The notes: a model not told the origin generated them from the letters alone. A DNA stretch of 64,000 nt from Octopus sinensis (GCF_006345805.1 NC_043001.1:58714001-58778000), one strand, 5' to 3'; shown: positions 27,901 to 41,864, counted from the stretch's first letter. Numbers and translations are program-made.

Positions 27901-29930
27901 AATCGGTTTCTTGTGTCATGAGTATCCTCCGTTATCCACTAAGTCTTTGTCTGATCACATTTCCCTTTCAGATTTTTATTCCGTTCTTGATACTTTTAGT
28001 TATTAATCTCCTTAATTTTCTCTTTCGCATAACAAATTTCTGTCTGATTTTTAATCTATTTTTATATGTTACCTGCTCTATTGTTCGTAATGTTTTTCTG
28101 AGCGGCGGTGTTTAAACATTCTTTGGGTACGTAAAACAGATACATTGGCTTCCAAAGCAGCCCATCTGTTTTTCAGCTCCGATTCTATATCTTTATCTGC
28201 ACTGGTCAGTGATCAGAGTTTGTATGCTTAGTTTTTGTGAGTTAATAATTTTGCTTTCTACAAAACACATCTATCCATAAACATATTTCACTATATTTCG
28301 AAACAAATAAGGTAAGAGGCATGAGCAAAGAAATTAGAGACGGTGTCAGTAACTGGCACAGCTCACATTCGTGACAGAATATGTCGAGATGATCAGTGTG
28401 GTAAGAGCCGATGTTCCATTTATTAACATGTGGAGAGTGGTTTAATCATGAAGCAGCAAACCACAAAACAATCCCTGGTTCTAGTAAACATATTAAGCTG
28501 ATTGATGAATATTCTTAACAGAAATTCTCAAATTGTAACTCATTATTGCGCTGACTTTTCAATTTTGCGTTTAGTTTCTTGGACAACTTGTTCCAGAATT
28601 TCTTTACAGCCAATGCACTCACACATGAATTCTCATTGGATATTCAATAATGTAAGACAAAATTAATCTATTAGTACTGTTTCGTGCGCTTAGCAAAGGC
28701 ACATAATGTTACTCGGCAATATTGATATTTACAATCCCTTTCTAACACAAATATGTGAATAAAACATAAAAAAACGGTAATAATATTTCATATTTCAATT
28801 CATCCAGTCACGTGACCTTGATATGTTTTGTCTAATAATGATTGCATTAGCTACAAAAATATCATGTAAGCTATTTGCAATGGATCTGTAGAAATGTTGG
28901 AAATATACACTAATATTGAGATCTATTGCTCTTGGTGAGATTAAGATAACAGCTGCAAAGTAGCTGTGCACAAGGGTTGTTAATGTATTTCTTGCATGTT
29001 ACTGCTAATCTTTTCAATGAGCTTACTGGTAAAGTGCTGGTAACATCAATATTAATACCACGTAAACTTTGAGGTTGTTTTAAATCCTTTATTTTCCATC
29101 CAATATATTCATCAGTTATATTAGAATCGGGCCTTGTATGAGATTGCTTATATCATAACAAAAACACTCCCTGTATCCCAATTTTCAAAGTTTTTCTATC
29201 AGAACTAAATTTGCCGACTATATATTTCTGTTCCATGTTATATATCCTATTTTTCCTTTCCTTTATTTCTTGTTTTTTGTTGATTTATGAATCATCTAAA
29301 CGCAATACATAGTATTTTTTCCTAGCACGAATATATCAATTCCCACATCCAATCTACGCTAATACAGTCATCGTATTGGCAGAAATTGACTGGCAGTACA
29401 TGCTGCAAACTTTACAAATTCCCTTGAACTTTATTTCACAATTTCAGTACTTTTGCTGCTAAAAATTATATTCTATATGTGCCTCTTCTGTAAGTATGGT
29501 TTCATGGCATCCTCCACATTTAAGTTTCTTACAAGATTGTTTTTGGTTTTACATATCCATATAGCACACAGTGTAGAGCTTCACGGATAGCAATATTTTT
29601 CTGTTGCAAACCAGAAGTCGACGAACACTTACAAATCTTACGCAGTAAATTCCTCACATTTTGCTGTTTCAAAATTGAAAGGAAATATGCAGCATGTTCT
29701 CTATACATACTCGTTCATGTAACAAACTTTTCGGTCGTTTTTTATGAATAGCTTCGTCGAGTCGGTGCAGTTATTGAACGTAGACCTTCGCATTGAGTGT
29801 CTGGTTGCGTTCAAGCGGTTCGTAATGAATTATGCCTTCCCAGTCCCATCCGACGTTCATATAGGGATTTGTTCATGTAACTAATCACATAACATTCCTT
29901 AGATTCAAAGTATGTTTGAAAATCATTCTC

Positions 29931-29982
<52 letters not shown>

Positions 29983-30205
29983 ACGAGTGACTGTGTAGTA
30001 AGAAGCTTACTTCCCAACCTTATGCTCCCGGGTTCAATGGTCCATCCCACTGCGGGGCATCTTCGGGAAATGTATTCTACTACAACCTCGAGGCGACCAA
30101 AGCCTTGTGAGTGGATTTGGTAGAGGGAAACGGAAAGAAGCCCATCGTATATATATATATGTATGTATGTGGGTGTGTGTGTATAAATATATATATAGGT
30201 ATATA

Positions 30206-31818
30206 CAGTTGCAGCCAAAATGTTCAGAACGGCATTATTTTCGTCAGAAAAGTAGGTATAAGTTTTTATCAAAGTTGTTTTATATTCTATAAGTTTCACA
30301 GGCAATAAATACAATATTAATTATTATTGTCTGAGATTTCGGTGTAATTTGAGAGGATAATACAAAAGTTATGGATGATTTAGTGATTTACTGCAAAACC
30401 AATAGCGGTCAAGATGATCAGAACGGTTGAAAAAATAACAAAATAATCAAAAATTGACAGAGAATACTGGAATTATTTAATATTTAGTGTGAAGCCCTTT
30501 AGCTTCAATCACACTTTGACATCTTCCACTACATGAAAAAATTAAATTTTCAATTTCTTGCTGGGTGATTCCATAATTGCTCGGTTGTTTTAGGATTTCT
30601 GGCTTTCGAACGTTCTCCTATAATATTCCACACATTTTCAATAGGATTAAGATCTGGACTTTGAGCAGGAAAATCCATAACAATAATCTTTTCAGCCTTG
30701 AGGAAGTTCATGACCAACTTAACCTTGTAACATGGGGCATTGTTCTGTATTAATATGGGTGATCGCTTAGTTGAATTTCTCAGCACAGGCAAGACATGTT
30801 CTTCTACAAGTTGTTTATAAACTCCTGCATTTACCTTTCCATGTAATCGCACCAAAGGACCCACACCATCTCCAGATATCACCCCCCCCCCAAACAAAAA
30901 ACATGACACTTCCTTCACCGAATTTAACACTAGTCTTAAGGCATTTAGGCAACAATTTTTCACCTACTTTTCGACAAACGTACCCTTTCCCATCTGAGCC
31001 AAATAACATAAACTTCGATCCATCACTGTAATGCACCGTTTGCCATTTTTCTTGAGACCACAACACATATTCGGTTGCAAAGGTAAGACGACACTTTTTA
31101 TTCTTGGAGCTAATCAGTGGCTTCACTGCAGGTGGTCTTGCTTGTAGGTCATGTTCAACTAAACGACGAGGCACAGTTTTTCGAAATAAAGTTTTCTTCA
31201 ATACAATGCTCATTTCCCGAGAAACAGCAGCAGCAGTATAAATCTGTCCTTTTTAACCAACTTTGCCATAGCACGATCTTCTCTCTTGGTCGTTTTTCTT
31301 GGCCTACCTGTAGACTTTCTTGCTTCACACGAACCACAATCATCGTAGACCTTAAGAATACCGTGAACAACACTTTTTCACTTGTTAACAATCTTTGCAA
31401 TAGACCCAATACTTAAATTATCCTTCTTTCGAAGCTTAATAACCTGCTGACGAATTGGTAACGGAGTAAGTGGCATTATATTAACAAAGTACACGGCAGA
31501 TACTCTTACTAATGTTTAGTAAACGAACCGTCAGGTAAACAAATTCAAAACATTAGAGTTCACCGGTTAAATATACTAAAACACGGAGTAAAAGCAACCG
31601 TTCTGATCATTTTGACCGCCATGGGTTTTGCAGTAAATCTCTAAATCATCCATAACCATTGTATTATCCTCTCAAATTACACCGAAATCTCAGACAATAA
31701 CAATTAATATTGTATTTATTGTCTGTGAAAATTATAGAATATAAAACAACTTTGATAAAAACTTATACCTACTTTTCCGACGAAAACAATGCCGTTCTGA
31801 ACATTTTGGCCGCAACTG
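30206..31818 (-). mobile_element. Complete Tc1 (DD34E) DNA transposon, 1613 bp, ~225-bp IR/DR-type TIRs, TA target duplication
   Basis: TIRs 30206-30430 and 31596-31818 (cagttgcagccaaaatgttcagaacgg / ccgttctgaacattttggccgcaactg); TA at 30204-30205 and 31819-31820. Confidence 0.93.
30477..31476 (-). pseudogene. Tc1 transposase pseudogene
   Basis: MPLTPLPIRQQVIKL, STGRPRKTT, HYSDGSKF, IQNNAP (second D mutated to N), AQSPDLNPIENVW, AKGLHTKY*; frameshifts and stops. Confidence 0.9.
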
Positions 31819-32039
31819 TATATATACGTATATAATTGTATGTCTACGTTAGTCCCCCACCATCGCTTGACAACCGATGTTGGTGAGTTTACGTCACCGT
31901 AACATATCAATACGGTAAAAGAGATCAATAGATCTAAATCCTGGGATCGACTTGTTCGAGTAAAGGTGGTGCCCCAACATGGCCACAGTCAGGTGACTGA
32001 AATAAATGAAAAGGAAAAAATGAATTAAAAAATATATAA

Positions 32040-35000
32040 ACTTAGATAAACTTAGATATGATTCGACCAAAGATTGGTCCAGGCCATGTCTAACTTAATA
32101 GCAGCACCTGATAGGATAATTTGAATCCTGTTTAAGTCAAGTTTTGCTTATGGTCCATTCAAGTAGTGAGTTTTTGTTGGGTGAGTTGTATCCAATTATG
32201 GGTGGCCTATCTGGTATTCTTTGAAGGAATCTATCCAGGCTCCGTTTAAAGTTTATGGAATCCTTTTCCTCTTTGATCTCTTTCGGGACAATGTTAAATA
32301 GGGCAGGGTCTGTTGAGGAAAAGAAATTATGTCGCAGTGTACTTGTATGCTGTGATCTTGAATTGGGCAGGGGACGTATGGCCCGTGGTTCCAGTCTTGG
32401 ATGAACCTTGAAGCTAATGTTCAGGTCGTTTGGGCAAAGTTGGCGGTATATTCTCCACATCTGTACCGCTTACTGCGACGCTGGAGAGAGTAGAGGTTCA
32501 AGGCTTTAAGGCGATCCCAATAATCGAGAGCAGCCATGCCTTCAATTCGTTTAGTGAGTGCCCTCTGGGGTGATTCAATCCTCGAGATGTTTTGTCTTGT
32601 ATGGGGAGACCACAGTGGGCAGCAGTATTCGATGTGTGGCCGTACAAAGGAGGAGAAAAGTGGTATGATGACACCTTGTTCTCTGGACCGGGAAGTTCTT
32701 AAGATCCAGGAACTCATCCTACGAGCTATATCGACCTTCTTGTTGATGTGCGCACTCCAACTGAGATCGTCATCAACAATTACACCCATGTCTCTGATAT
32801 TGTTAGAGGCTGTGAGCGGTTCCTCTGAAGGAAGAGCGTATGGCTGTTTTAGTGAGGAATTTCTTCCAAAATGCATCAGCTCAAATTTTCCCTCGTTCAG
32901 TTGCATTTTGTTTCAGTCTGCCCATTGACTCACAGCATATAGATCAGACTGGAGTTGAGTTCGGTCTGCTTCTTCATTGACGATTTGCTGGATCTTAGTG
33001 TCATCAGCAAATATTTTCACTTTGCAGTAATGTACGACACTGGAAAGGTTGTTTATGTAAATTATGAAGAGTAGCGGACCCAAGACAGTCCCCCGGGGGA
33101 CACCGCTGGTGACTTTTGCTGGGCTTGAGTGGACTCCATCAACTACAACATGTTGTATTCTATTCGCCCGGAAATACTTAATCCAGTGTAGAACTTTTCC
33201 ATGGATTCCAACATTTGCCAATTTTGAGAGTAGGATATTATGGTCTACCCTGTCGAACGCTCTGCTGAAGTCAAGATAAATGACGGCAGAGTTCGAACCT
33301 GTTCCCAAGACTTTGAGTACATCTTCAATGTGGTGTAAGAGCTGTGTTAGACAGTCCCTGCCACAGCGAAAGCCATGCTGATTTGCATTTAGGAGTTTGT
33401 GGGTCTCCAGGAAATCAGCTATCCTAGTTGGTGTCTACATTCCTGCAGGAGACTAGTGGGGAATCAATCAGGGCCTACAGCAGAGTAGTATTTGACCTCA
33501 TTTATTGCTGCTATGATGTCAGTGGCAGTGAAGGTTATGTCTGAGATTTTATGTTGGGAGTCAACTTCGTTCGCTTCTCTTACGTCAATATCAGTGGGAA
33601 CACTGAAGACAGAGCAGTATTGTTTCTGCAGTATTTCTGCCATTTCTTTAGCATCGTGTTGGGGAATGCCGTTATCATCAATCAATGGCCCAGTGGGTGA
33701 AACAATGCTTCTATGCTTATTTGCATAAGAATAGAACACTTTTGGGTTCTGTTTGATGTTTTTGATTACCCACTGTTCCTCCACAGGTCTTTGATTTTCA
33801 ATGGAGGTTTTCATGTCGGTCTGCAGATGAAGTTTTTCCAGCTCTATCCTTTTCATTGTTGTTAAATGTGGATGTCGTGTGTGGGAATATTTTAATTAGT
33901 TGATTGTTTTGTTGAGTCTTTTGATGCGCCTGATGAGTGTTTTTTTTCTTTTTGCGGAGCCGGTTTCTGTTTGTGTTAGTAGATTTTGTGGGAGCGTGTT
34001 TAGAGCATGTATAGGTGACAATGTTTTCAAAGTGCTACCATGCGATCTCAATATGGGTGGAATTGAGAGTAAAAGACCAGTCGATGAAAGACAGGTCCTT
34101 TCTGATTGCTCCCCAGTCCGCTTTGTGGAAGTTTATGTTGTCAAATGAGTGCCATGGAGTGGGATTGGCTGGTTTGGTTTTTATATGTCGGGAATAAAAA
34201 TTGCAGAGTATCATATCATGGTCTGAGAGGAGAGTTTTCTCAACTGAAATGCTGTGAACGAAGCTAGAGTGATTGGTCAATACCAGATCCAAGATCGTCT
34301 TATTCTGTCTCGTTGGTTCGAGCACTAGCTGAGTCAGGAAGTAGTCATCCATCAGATTAAAAAGCAGTTCTGCTGTTGCTCTATCTGATGTAGAACATTT
34401 GCCTAACTTCAGAGTATTTGTGGGCCAGTTCACACGAGGGAGGTTAAAATCACCCATCACTAGTATGTTTCCGGAGTTGTACTTCCGAAGGAAGGACCTG
34501 ACTTTGCTAAGGCACTCTTCAAAGCACTTTAGAGGTGCTTGGGAAGGCCTGTAAAGACCAACAATGATTATGTCCTTGGCCTTGCTGAATAGTGATACAG
34601 ATTCACAATAGCCATTGGAAAATATGTCCTTGGCATCAAGTGAAAAGGAGTCATGGATAAAGATGGCTGTCCCTCCCTTATTTCGGTCTGTGCGATCCGC
34701 ACGAACAATGGTGAAATCTTTTATTTTCACCTCGGCGTCCATATGGGTGTTGTTCAGGTGAGTCTCGGTAAGGATAAAGAAAGGGAAGCAATGTGCCGTT
34801 TCGGCAAGCCAACTCTCTATATATGGGATGTCGAGGTAAGGGAAGTTTGATGTTTGCATTGTTCTAAATTAGGTTTTATGTTGTTCAGCGGTAACAATGT
34901 GGGTAGTTCTTTTATGGAGCTGTGTGTGTATGATTTTCTTGTTAGTAGTGGGTGTGTGGTCCTTGTGATTTGCATAGGTGGTTGCTGATAGCTCGTTGGA

Positions 35001-36520
35001 TCTCCTGGCTTAGGTCGGCCTTCATATTTTCTAGGTAAGTCTGTAAAAAAGAGTTACCTCTTTGGTTTACCACTTGGTCAGAGGATACATATTTCATGTT
35101 GGTGTTATTTGGTGTTATGGTTTTTTCATGGTTCTGTCTACGTTGTTTGATTGTAGGAGGGGAAACGTGGTTGTATTTTGTTTTTGTTGTCGTAGATCTC
35201 TGTTGCTGTTTATATTTATTTTGTGATCGTTTTGTGCCCTTCAGATGGTGGTGGTTGCATTCTGGGTTCAGGCACATCCTTAGTGGCACAGAAGTTTGGC
35301 ACAGTTTAGGATGGAAGAAGGTGGATCCATTGCCTTTTGTGCATCCATATCTGGGATCAGGACCATGGACTCTGTATTTAGGACAGTATTTGAGGTGGAG
35401 GTGAGGGCAGTTTTTTCCCGTTATACCATATGGACAGATGCCCTTAACAAGTCTACGACATAAGATAGGATGGAAAAAAAGCACAGCGTCCCTTGTTGTT
35501 GGATTCCCCTGGGGCCAAATCTACAGTTGCCTTGAGAATAGTAACGGCAGGGTATTTTATGTGGGTGTAGTAGTGGTTTTTCTATTCTGGCTGTAGTAGC
35601 AGTAGCAGAGTGTTGTTGTTGTTGTTGTTGTTGTTGCTGTAGCAGCAGTGAAACTTGACTTGCAACAGCAGGGCTGGGTGAAATCGGGTCAGGTACTGGT
35701 TCCAATGTAGTAGCAGAAGCAGGCTGTTGTGATAGTGAGTTCTGGCTTGCCAAGGTAGTGTTGGGTGGAATGGGCGGAATTAGGTCAGATGTTTGTTGCT
35801 GGCTATCGGGTCATTGAAGTGGCCCCTGACCTGTTGGAATTAGGTCATTTGGTGCACTGCATTCATTGACAAGGATGGCTTCTAGTGTTGCCATGTGGTG
35901 TGAAAAATAAGAAATGTTCATACAATCTCTTTAATTTTATTTTCGATCTGTGAGAGGATTGTTTTGCTAATTTTTCAGCTATTTTACTGTAAAAATTAGC
36001 TTCGTTGTGGTGAGTGTACCAAGCGTTTATTAATGCAGCGATTTCATTTTCAACCCAGTGGAGTGTTTGAATATTATTGGCCATATTCAGTGGGACAGTA
36101 TTATACACTGTACGTCAGTTATTGATGGCTTGATGTATAATAGTGAATACACCGTTGAAAAGTTTGTGTCGATATATTCGGAAATGCGTGGCTTGTGTGC
36201 GGGAGAGTTCAGTGTATTTAGTACAAATCAGGATGAGCGGTGTGTTTAATACAGATCAAGAAAAAAGAATTGTACTCACGGGACTTGTTTTAGAACTAGT
36301 CTTGGGTTTAGATTTGGTTTATATTTCATTCTCCAAGTTGTATATAGATTTGTATAAATTTATCCACCGATTGTAGTAAAAGAGTAGAATAGTAGAATTG
36401 TAGAATTCAAAAGTTCTGGGACTAAAAACAAGGAGAGTTTCTGCTGGCTTGAGTTGAAATATGCTTCTTTGGCTACTGACTTGACGGGAGCTATGAAAAG
36501 TACGTCTTGTCACAACGAAT
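32040..36520 (-). mobile_element. Near full-length CR1-like LINE (5' UTR, ORF1, APE+RT ORF2, 3' repeat tail)
   Basis: APE: FILTETHL, GLYRPS, LVMGDFNLP, LDLVLTN, SDHD. RT: IYLDFSRAFDRVDH, SGVPRGTVLGPLLF, FADDTKI. C-terminal LYSLQRR. Tail (atctaagttt)x2. An internal RT deletion lies near 33430. Confidence 0.9.
34900..36108 (-). pseudogene. CR1 ORF1 relic: Myb/SANT-like N-terminus, Gln/Pro linker, CCCH zinc fingers
   Basis: HWVENEIAALINAW..FYSKIAEKLAK..RS; CRYYSQGNCRFG..CFFFHP; CRRLVKGICPYG..CPHLH; CPKY..GCTKG..FHP; CQTS..CLNPECNHHH; two frameshifts. Confidence 0.7.
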
Positions 36521-36614
36521 GCCCGAACTGAATCATTATATACATATACATATAATGGTTTATTTCGTTAATAAAACGTTAGCGAAATGAGTATATGTGA
36601 CCACACACACACAG

Positions 36615-36660
<46 letters not shown>

Positions 36661-36697
36661 ATATTATATTATATAATATTATATTATATTATATATA

Positions 36698-37955
36698 TTG
36701 GGTTGAGTAATAATTCATGAGCGTTTTGTTCAAATTTTAAAATGCACGCAGAAACGAAGCGTTTTATGTTATTTAAAAGAATCGTTTTACTCTACGAGAT
36801 ATGTTTTGATTTTTTTAACATTTTATTGATTTTTGTATATTTTCAGATAATTAAAATGGAAAGCCAAGTGGACAAAACTGACCATTTTCGATACCACTTG
36901 CTTTTTGCATTTAATCGAGGTATTAAGATCGCCGAAGCTCTTCGTGAGATTTGTGCTGCTTATGGAGAAAGATTAATGCCTTAAAGTACCGCCACCAGTG
37001 GGTTTTCGCGCTTCCAAATTGGGAATTTTGAACTGAAGGACGGATTACACACCGGTCAACCAATTGAGTTCGATGAAGAGTGATTGAATCAACCTTTTCA
37101 CGAAAATTCACGTCAAACGACCAGAGAATATGCGGAGCAGATGGATTGTGAGAAAAAAATATTGTGGTGAACCACTTTCATCTAATGGGAAAGGTTCAGA
37201 AACTTGAAGCTTGGGTGCCACACACTTTGAACGAAAATCAACGCTCCACAGTTGCCGCCAAGTTTGGTCGCTCGACATGGCCAAACACACGGTCACAAAC
37301 AGCGTTTTCTTTACCGCATTGGCACTGGTAAAGAAAATTTGTACCTTTGCGTCAATATGAAGCAGAGAAAAGAATGGCTCATCCCCAGCAAACAAGCTAA
37401 TCTGCTAAAAAAAAACAACAACCTTCATCCTCGAAAGAACATGCTCTGTGTATGTTGGGACAGGGAAGGCATAATTCATTACGACTGCTTGAGCGCACCC
37501 GACATTCAGTGCGAAGGTTTACGTTCAACAACTGCACCGACTCGACGAAGCTATTCAGCAAAAACGACCGAATAAGTGGTCTTCTGCAACACGACAACCC
37601 CCGTCCTCGCATCGCCAATATGACCAAAGCCGCGATTCGAGAACTCGAAAGGGAAGTGCTGCCGCATCCTCCATATTCTCCATACTTAGCGTCGTCAGAT
37701 TTTCATCTCTTTCGACCACTTTCACGCGCTTTGCGTGGTGCATCATCCGATAAAGACGTGGAATTGAGGGCTTGGTTGGGCGAATTCTTTGAGTCAAGAC
37801 CGGGATATTTCTATCACCGAGACATCGAAATACTTTTTGAACGATGGGAGGAAGACGTAGTCAACAACGGAGAGTATATTATTGATTAATCTGTTGTAGT
37901 TCTTTTCTCTAAGATAAATTTGGAAAATACGCTCATGACTTATTCCTCAGCCCAG
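36698..37955 (+). mobile_element. Mariner (DD34D) element, 1258 bp, ~30-bp TIRs, TA duplication; transposase pseudogene 36856-37889
   Basis: TIRs ttgggttgagtaataattcatgagcg / cgctcatgacttattcctcagcccag; MESQVDKTDHFRYHLLFAF, AWVPHTL, LQHDNPRP, HPPYSPYLASSDFHLF. Confidence 0.92.
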
Positions 37956-40713
37956 TATATAGCAGAATATTTACGATGTGAAGATTTGTCAATAACGTAT
38001 AAGCAAACTTGAAAGTTCCTGTATTTATGGATCCAACCTTGAATATTTTACAATCGTGCACATTTATAATAAACTATTCTGCAAAGATTGAATCGAATAT
38101 TAAGACACCATCATGGATAACAGAATGGAAAATGACGCTAAAATATGTGAATAAGAAAATGGATAGTTGTCAGTAATTATAGACATTGCATGATTGCTAT
38201 TACTCTGAAAAATGTTGGCTTATCTCATTATATAACATTGTGCAGAAGGACAATATGTTTCCAGGGATGAAAAGAGGAATCAGAAAGCAGTTAAGGAGAA
38301 ATGTTAATCTATTATATAATCGATTGAATATGCTAACAAGTGCCAACATTTTAGAAGTGCTATGTTATTAGTTGGAGGGAATGCAAGAAATTATATGATA
38401 ATATGCTACACTAGGTGCTTTTCAAATTTCTGATGTCCGGCGAAGTCCAACATAATTTTTTTACATTTTTAATCAAGGATTAGTTCCTCAATCTCCTGTG
38501 TAGTTACCTTGTGCAATCTTGCTTCTCATATTTATAATCTCAATTTAGCTACCATATTTCTTGCCTACCAAGGATGTGAGCTTTCTATTCCCAAACGCAC
38601 ATGAGGTACTCTTGAATATTGATATCTCACTTTCCGTACGGCGCCATTTTCTACCCCTCTACCATTCGACAACTGTGCATCGTTGTTAGGCTTTTATCAC
38701 GACCATTTTTTAAAAAATCAGTCTTAGTGATTTTAGCTCATCTTGATTTTTCTTCATTTCTTGCGGACCTCGTAAAGGAAATAAAGTATTCGGTTGCCAT
38801 CCGCTGCTGTTCTTTTCTTTTTTGTCCTTGATAGAAATGTTCCAGCAGTTAAGGTAGTAGAGGTTGTGGTGAAGGTCTTGTTTCTTCCAGAATTTCTACT
38901 TGAGACTCCTTTGCAATAGCTGCCGTTCATGTTATTCTTATCGGTACTAGATGTAGTAGTGTTAATGATGATGGTGATGTTGCTGTTGTTTTCATGCTTT
39001 TGAATACTCCTATTGTCATCGCTGTTGTAGATGTAGGGACAATATACATAAAAATAATAATCATAATAATGGTGATGATGATGATTACGACGATAATGAG
39101 GATGCTAATCATCATCATCATGGTGGTGGTGGTGATTTCTTTAATTCGCCTCAAGGCAGATGTTTTTAAGGACAATAAACAAGGAAGACCAAAAAGAAAT
39201 GTATAAAGAAGAAAAGGAAGAGGGTAACAGAAGGAGGAGAAGCAGAAAGAAATGTTTCTAATGATAAAATAAATGATTTTGATTTGGGCATAAAAACCAG
39301 CAATCTTGAAGACGTGTCAGTGGACTTCATCGTCACAAGTACATCGCGTGTACGTAAGTTTGAGAAGCAAAGTTTACCTCCTAAGCATTTGAAATCAGGA
39401 CTTAGAGAATCTGAAAGAATTACACAGACTTTTGAAAGAGATTCAAAAATATGTGAGGACGAACGGAATAAAATTATTTAAAAATGGGAAAAAACAGGGA
39501 GATAAATAAGGAGTTGAAGCAACATATGAAGCCGTGGGAATAAGTTTTATATATCGTAATATGGCGGTCAAAACTACCATTTCTTCTTTCTCTCTTTCTT
39601 TCTTTCTTGCTGTCTGTCTCCCTTATTCTCTCTCTCTCTCTATCTCTCATCATGTTTTTTTACGTTCTGTTAACAGGAAAACACTTGGGTTCTTTATGCA
39701 TTTTGTGAACCTGGATTACTATCTAAAAATAAATGTGTTGGATAATATAAATCTGGGTACATTATACATAAAAACATAACACCATGGTTTTTACGGCTTT
39801 ACCTAATTCTATATCTGTTCGATCATAATCAACATGGGGGCTGCAACAACTACAAATATTTTCTACCAAACTATATAATGGTCTTATAAGTATTTGATCA
39901 ATAACAGAAGAATAGTAATTAATTCCGCTCTTGTATCGATAGGATTTCTTCTTTATAGCGTAATAAATTCTGAGAGATGTTTAATTGTAGCATAATACAT
40001 TAGATTTAAAGGTTATCATTTCTAAAGTCAGACGTAATAATCAAATATTTTTTATGAAATAACGAAATGGATAACATTTTGTAAATTTCTTATCTGAGCA
40101 GTTTGATATGAAATGTCATAGGTGAACATCAGTTATTTCTCTGACTACAGATCAAAAGAAGCCAATATTATTTCATCCTAATTATTCCAGATGAAATGAT
40201 GTTATATTATAAATATTCAGTTATTGAAACAGAGATATTTTTATTTGGTTATTTGATGATAGAAATTAAAAACTAACATCAATGTAATCAAGTAACCAAG
40301 GAATGATACAATACTAATAACGATGACGACGACAATAACAGCATAAATATTAACAAAAATAACAAGGATAATATTTTTAATATCACTACTGCCCATTCAT
40401 TGATACAATAATAACACAAGCAAAAGTGTTATAAAATATGCGAGGATAAACAAAGAGAAGTACATTAAAAAAAACGAAGAATAAAGTCTTTTACGTAATT
40501 GATTGCGACATGTTAGAAAAATTTCAAATATTCATTCAAAATAATTTGATAATTAAATAAAACAACTATTTGGTCACTGAGTGGAATTCAAACAACAACC
40601 CCATTTGGCTACTTTGCTTTCAGTCTGCTGAACCACTCAGAAAGATTTGGTGCCTTGGGCAAAAGGAATCAGTTCACATGTCACTAGTTTATGTATATAT
40701 ATATGTATGTATA

Positions 40714-41842
40714 CGAGGGTCAGCTGAAAAGTTCATGGGCTAACCAAGATACTCCTATGGAATGTGACAAAATTAGGTGTATTTGCAACTTAGTCCCTCT
40801 TCCTGTCCATCAGTGTTGCTGTGCTGGCTGCCATCGGTGAAGAAGCTTTCATCTTGATCAAACAACAGAAGATATTACATCCTATACAGGTTCACAGCCA
40901 AGCACACTTTTTTTTATTTTGGAGAAGAGATGATTGTCAGATGGAGCCAAATGGAGATTAGGGAGGCTGATCTACAATTCAATGACACACAATAGGCATT
41001 GAAACCAATACTGGAGTATGTCCTGATTAAAAAAATCTACTTTCGTCAGATTAGTGCTCGTTGGGTAGGTTTTAGCAACTTCCTCAGAAAGTTGACATAT
41101 AACTCCTCGTTAATGGTGCGGTCTTGTGTATCCCCGAAAAAACTAAGTCCGTCACCCCCTCTTCATAGGAAACGAACGTAGTTTTCTTTGGAACAGGTAT
41201 AGATGGTAGTTTCCGACTACATTGACATTTCTTTTTCTCTCTGGCTCAAAGTGGGATAACTCATCCTGGGTTAAAAAACGTTCAACGAAACCCGCTGATT
41301 AAGGCTCAAACAATGTCATATTTTCCAGTGATGTGATCAAGCTTTTACGCTTGATCAGAAGACGTGACACCCACTAAGCAGAAACCTTTGTCATGCCAAG
41401 TTCACTATCCCAGAATATTCTGAACTCTCTCAAGGGATATGCACATAGCATTGACCATTTGATTTATAGCTGATCAACCATCATCTATCGTCATATAATG
41501 AACGGGATCACACCTTGGATCATCTTCAAGATTCATCCTTCCCCGGTCAAATTCAGTTGCCCACATTTGCACAGCTGGTAACGATGGAGCATCATTCCCT
41601 TATGTAGCAACCACGTCAGAATGAATTCCCTTCCGGGCTAAACCTTTTCCAGCAGATACTTGGTAACACCAGGATGCCAAATTTTGTTCATTTTCAAGAC
41701 AGGTTACTGCTAGTTACTTTTGAAGCTTTCGTTATACAGTCAGTTTACCTGGAAAAACAAAGCAATTATTAATAAGGGAAGTTGAAATTAAAGTATCGTT
41801 ACTACCTCATAGCCACCCTATGAACTTTTCAGTCCACCCTCG
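40714..41842 (-). mobile_element. Decayed mariner element, 1129 bp, TA duplication
   Basis: TIRs cgagggtcagctgaaaagttcat / atgaacttttcagtccaccctcg; minus-strand MNKIWH..APSLPAVQMWATEFDRGRMNLEDDPR from 41691 and APSDNHLF near 40940. Confidence 0.85.
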
Positions 41843-41864
41843 TATATAGGGGCACACACACACA

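Larger units (their letters stand above)
29979..32015 (+). mobile_element. SINE family B split by a Tc1 insertion (head 29979-30203, tail 31821-32015)
   Basis: Head gcgcacgagtgactgtgtagtaagaagcttacttcccaacc..gtgagtggatttggtagagggaaacggaaagaagccc; tail cccccaccatcgcttgacaaccgatg..ggtgccccaacatggccacagtc. Confidence 0.85.

Noticed and set aside
32536-33728. Plus-strand ORFs of 70-130 aa overlapping the CR1 element (likewise antisense ORFs over the Dong and Tc1 copies)
   Set aside because: They are antisense shadows of transposon coding sequence.
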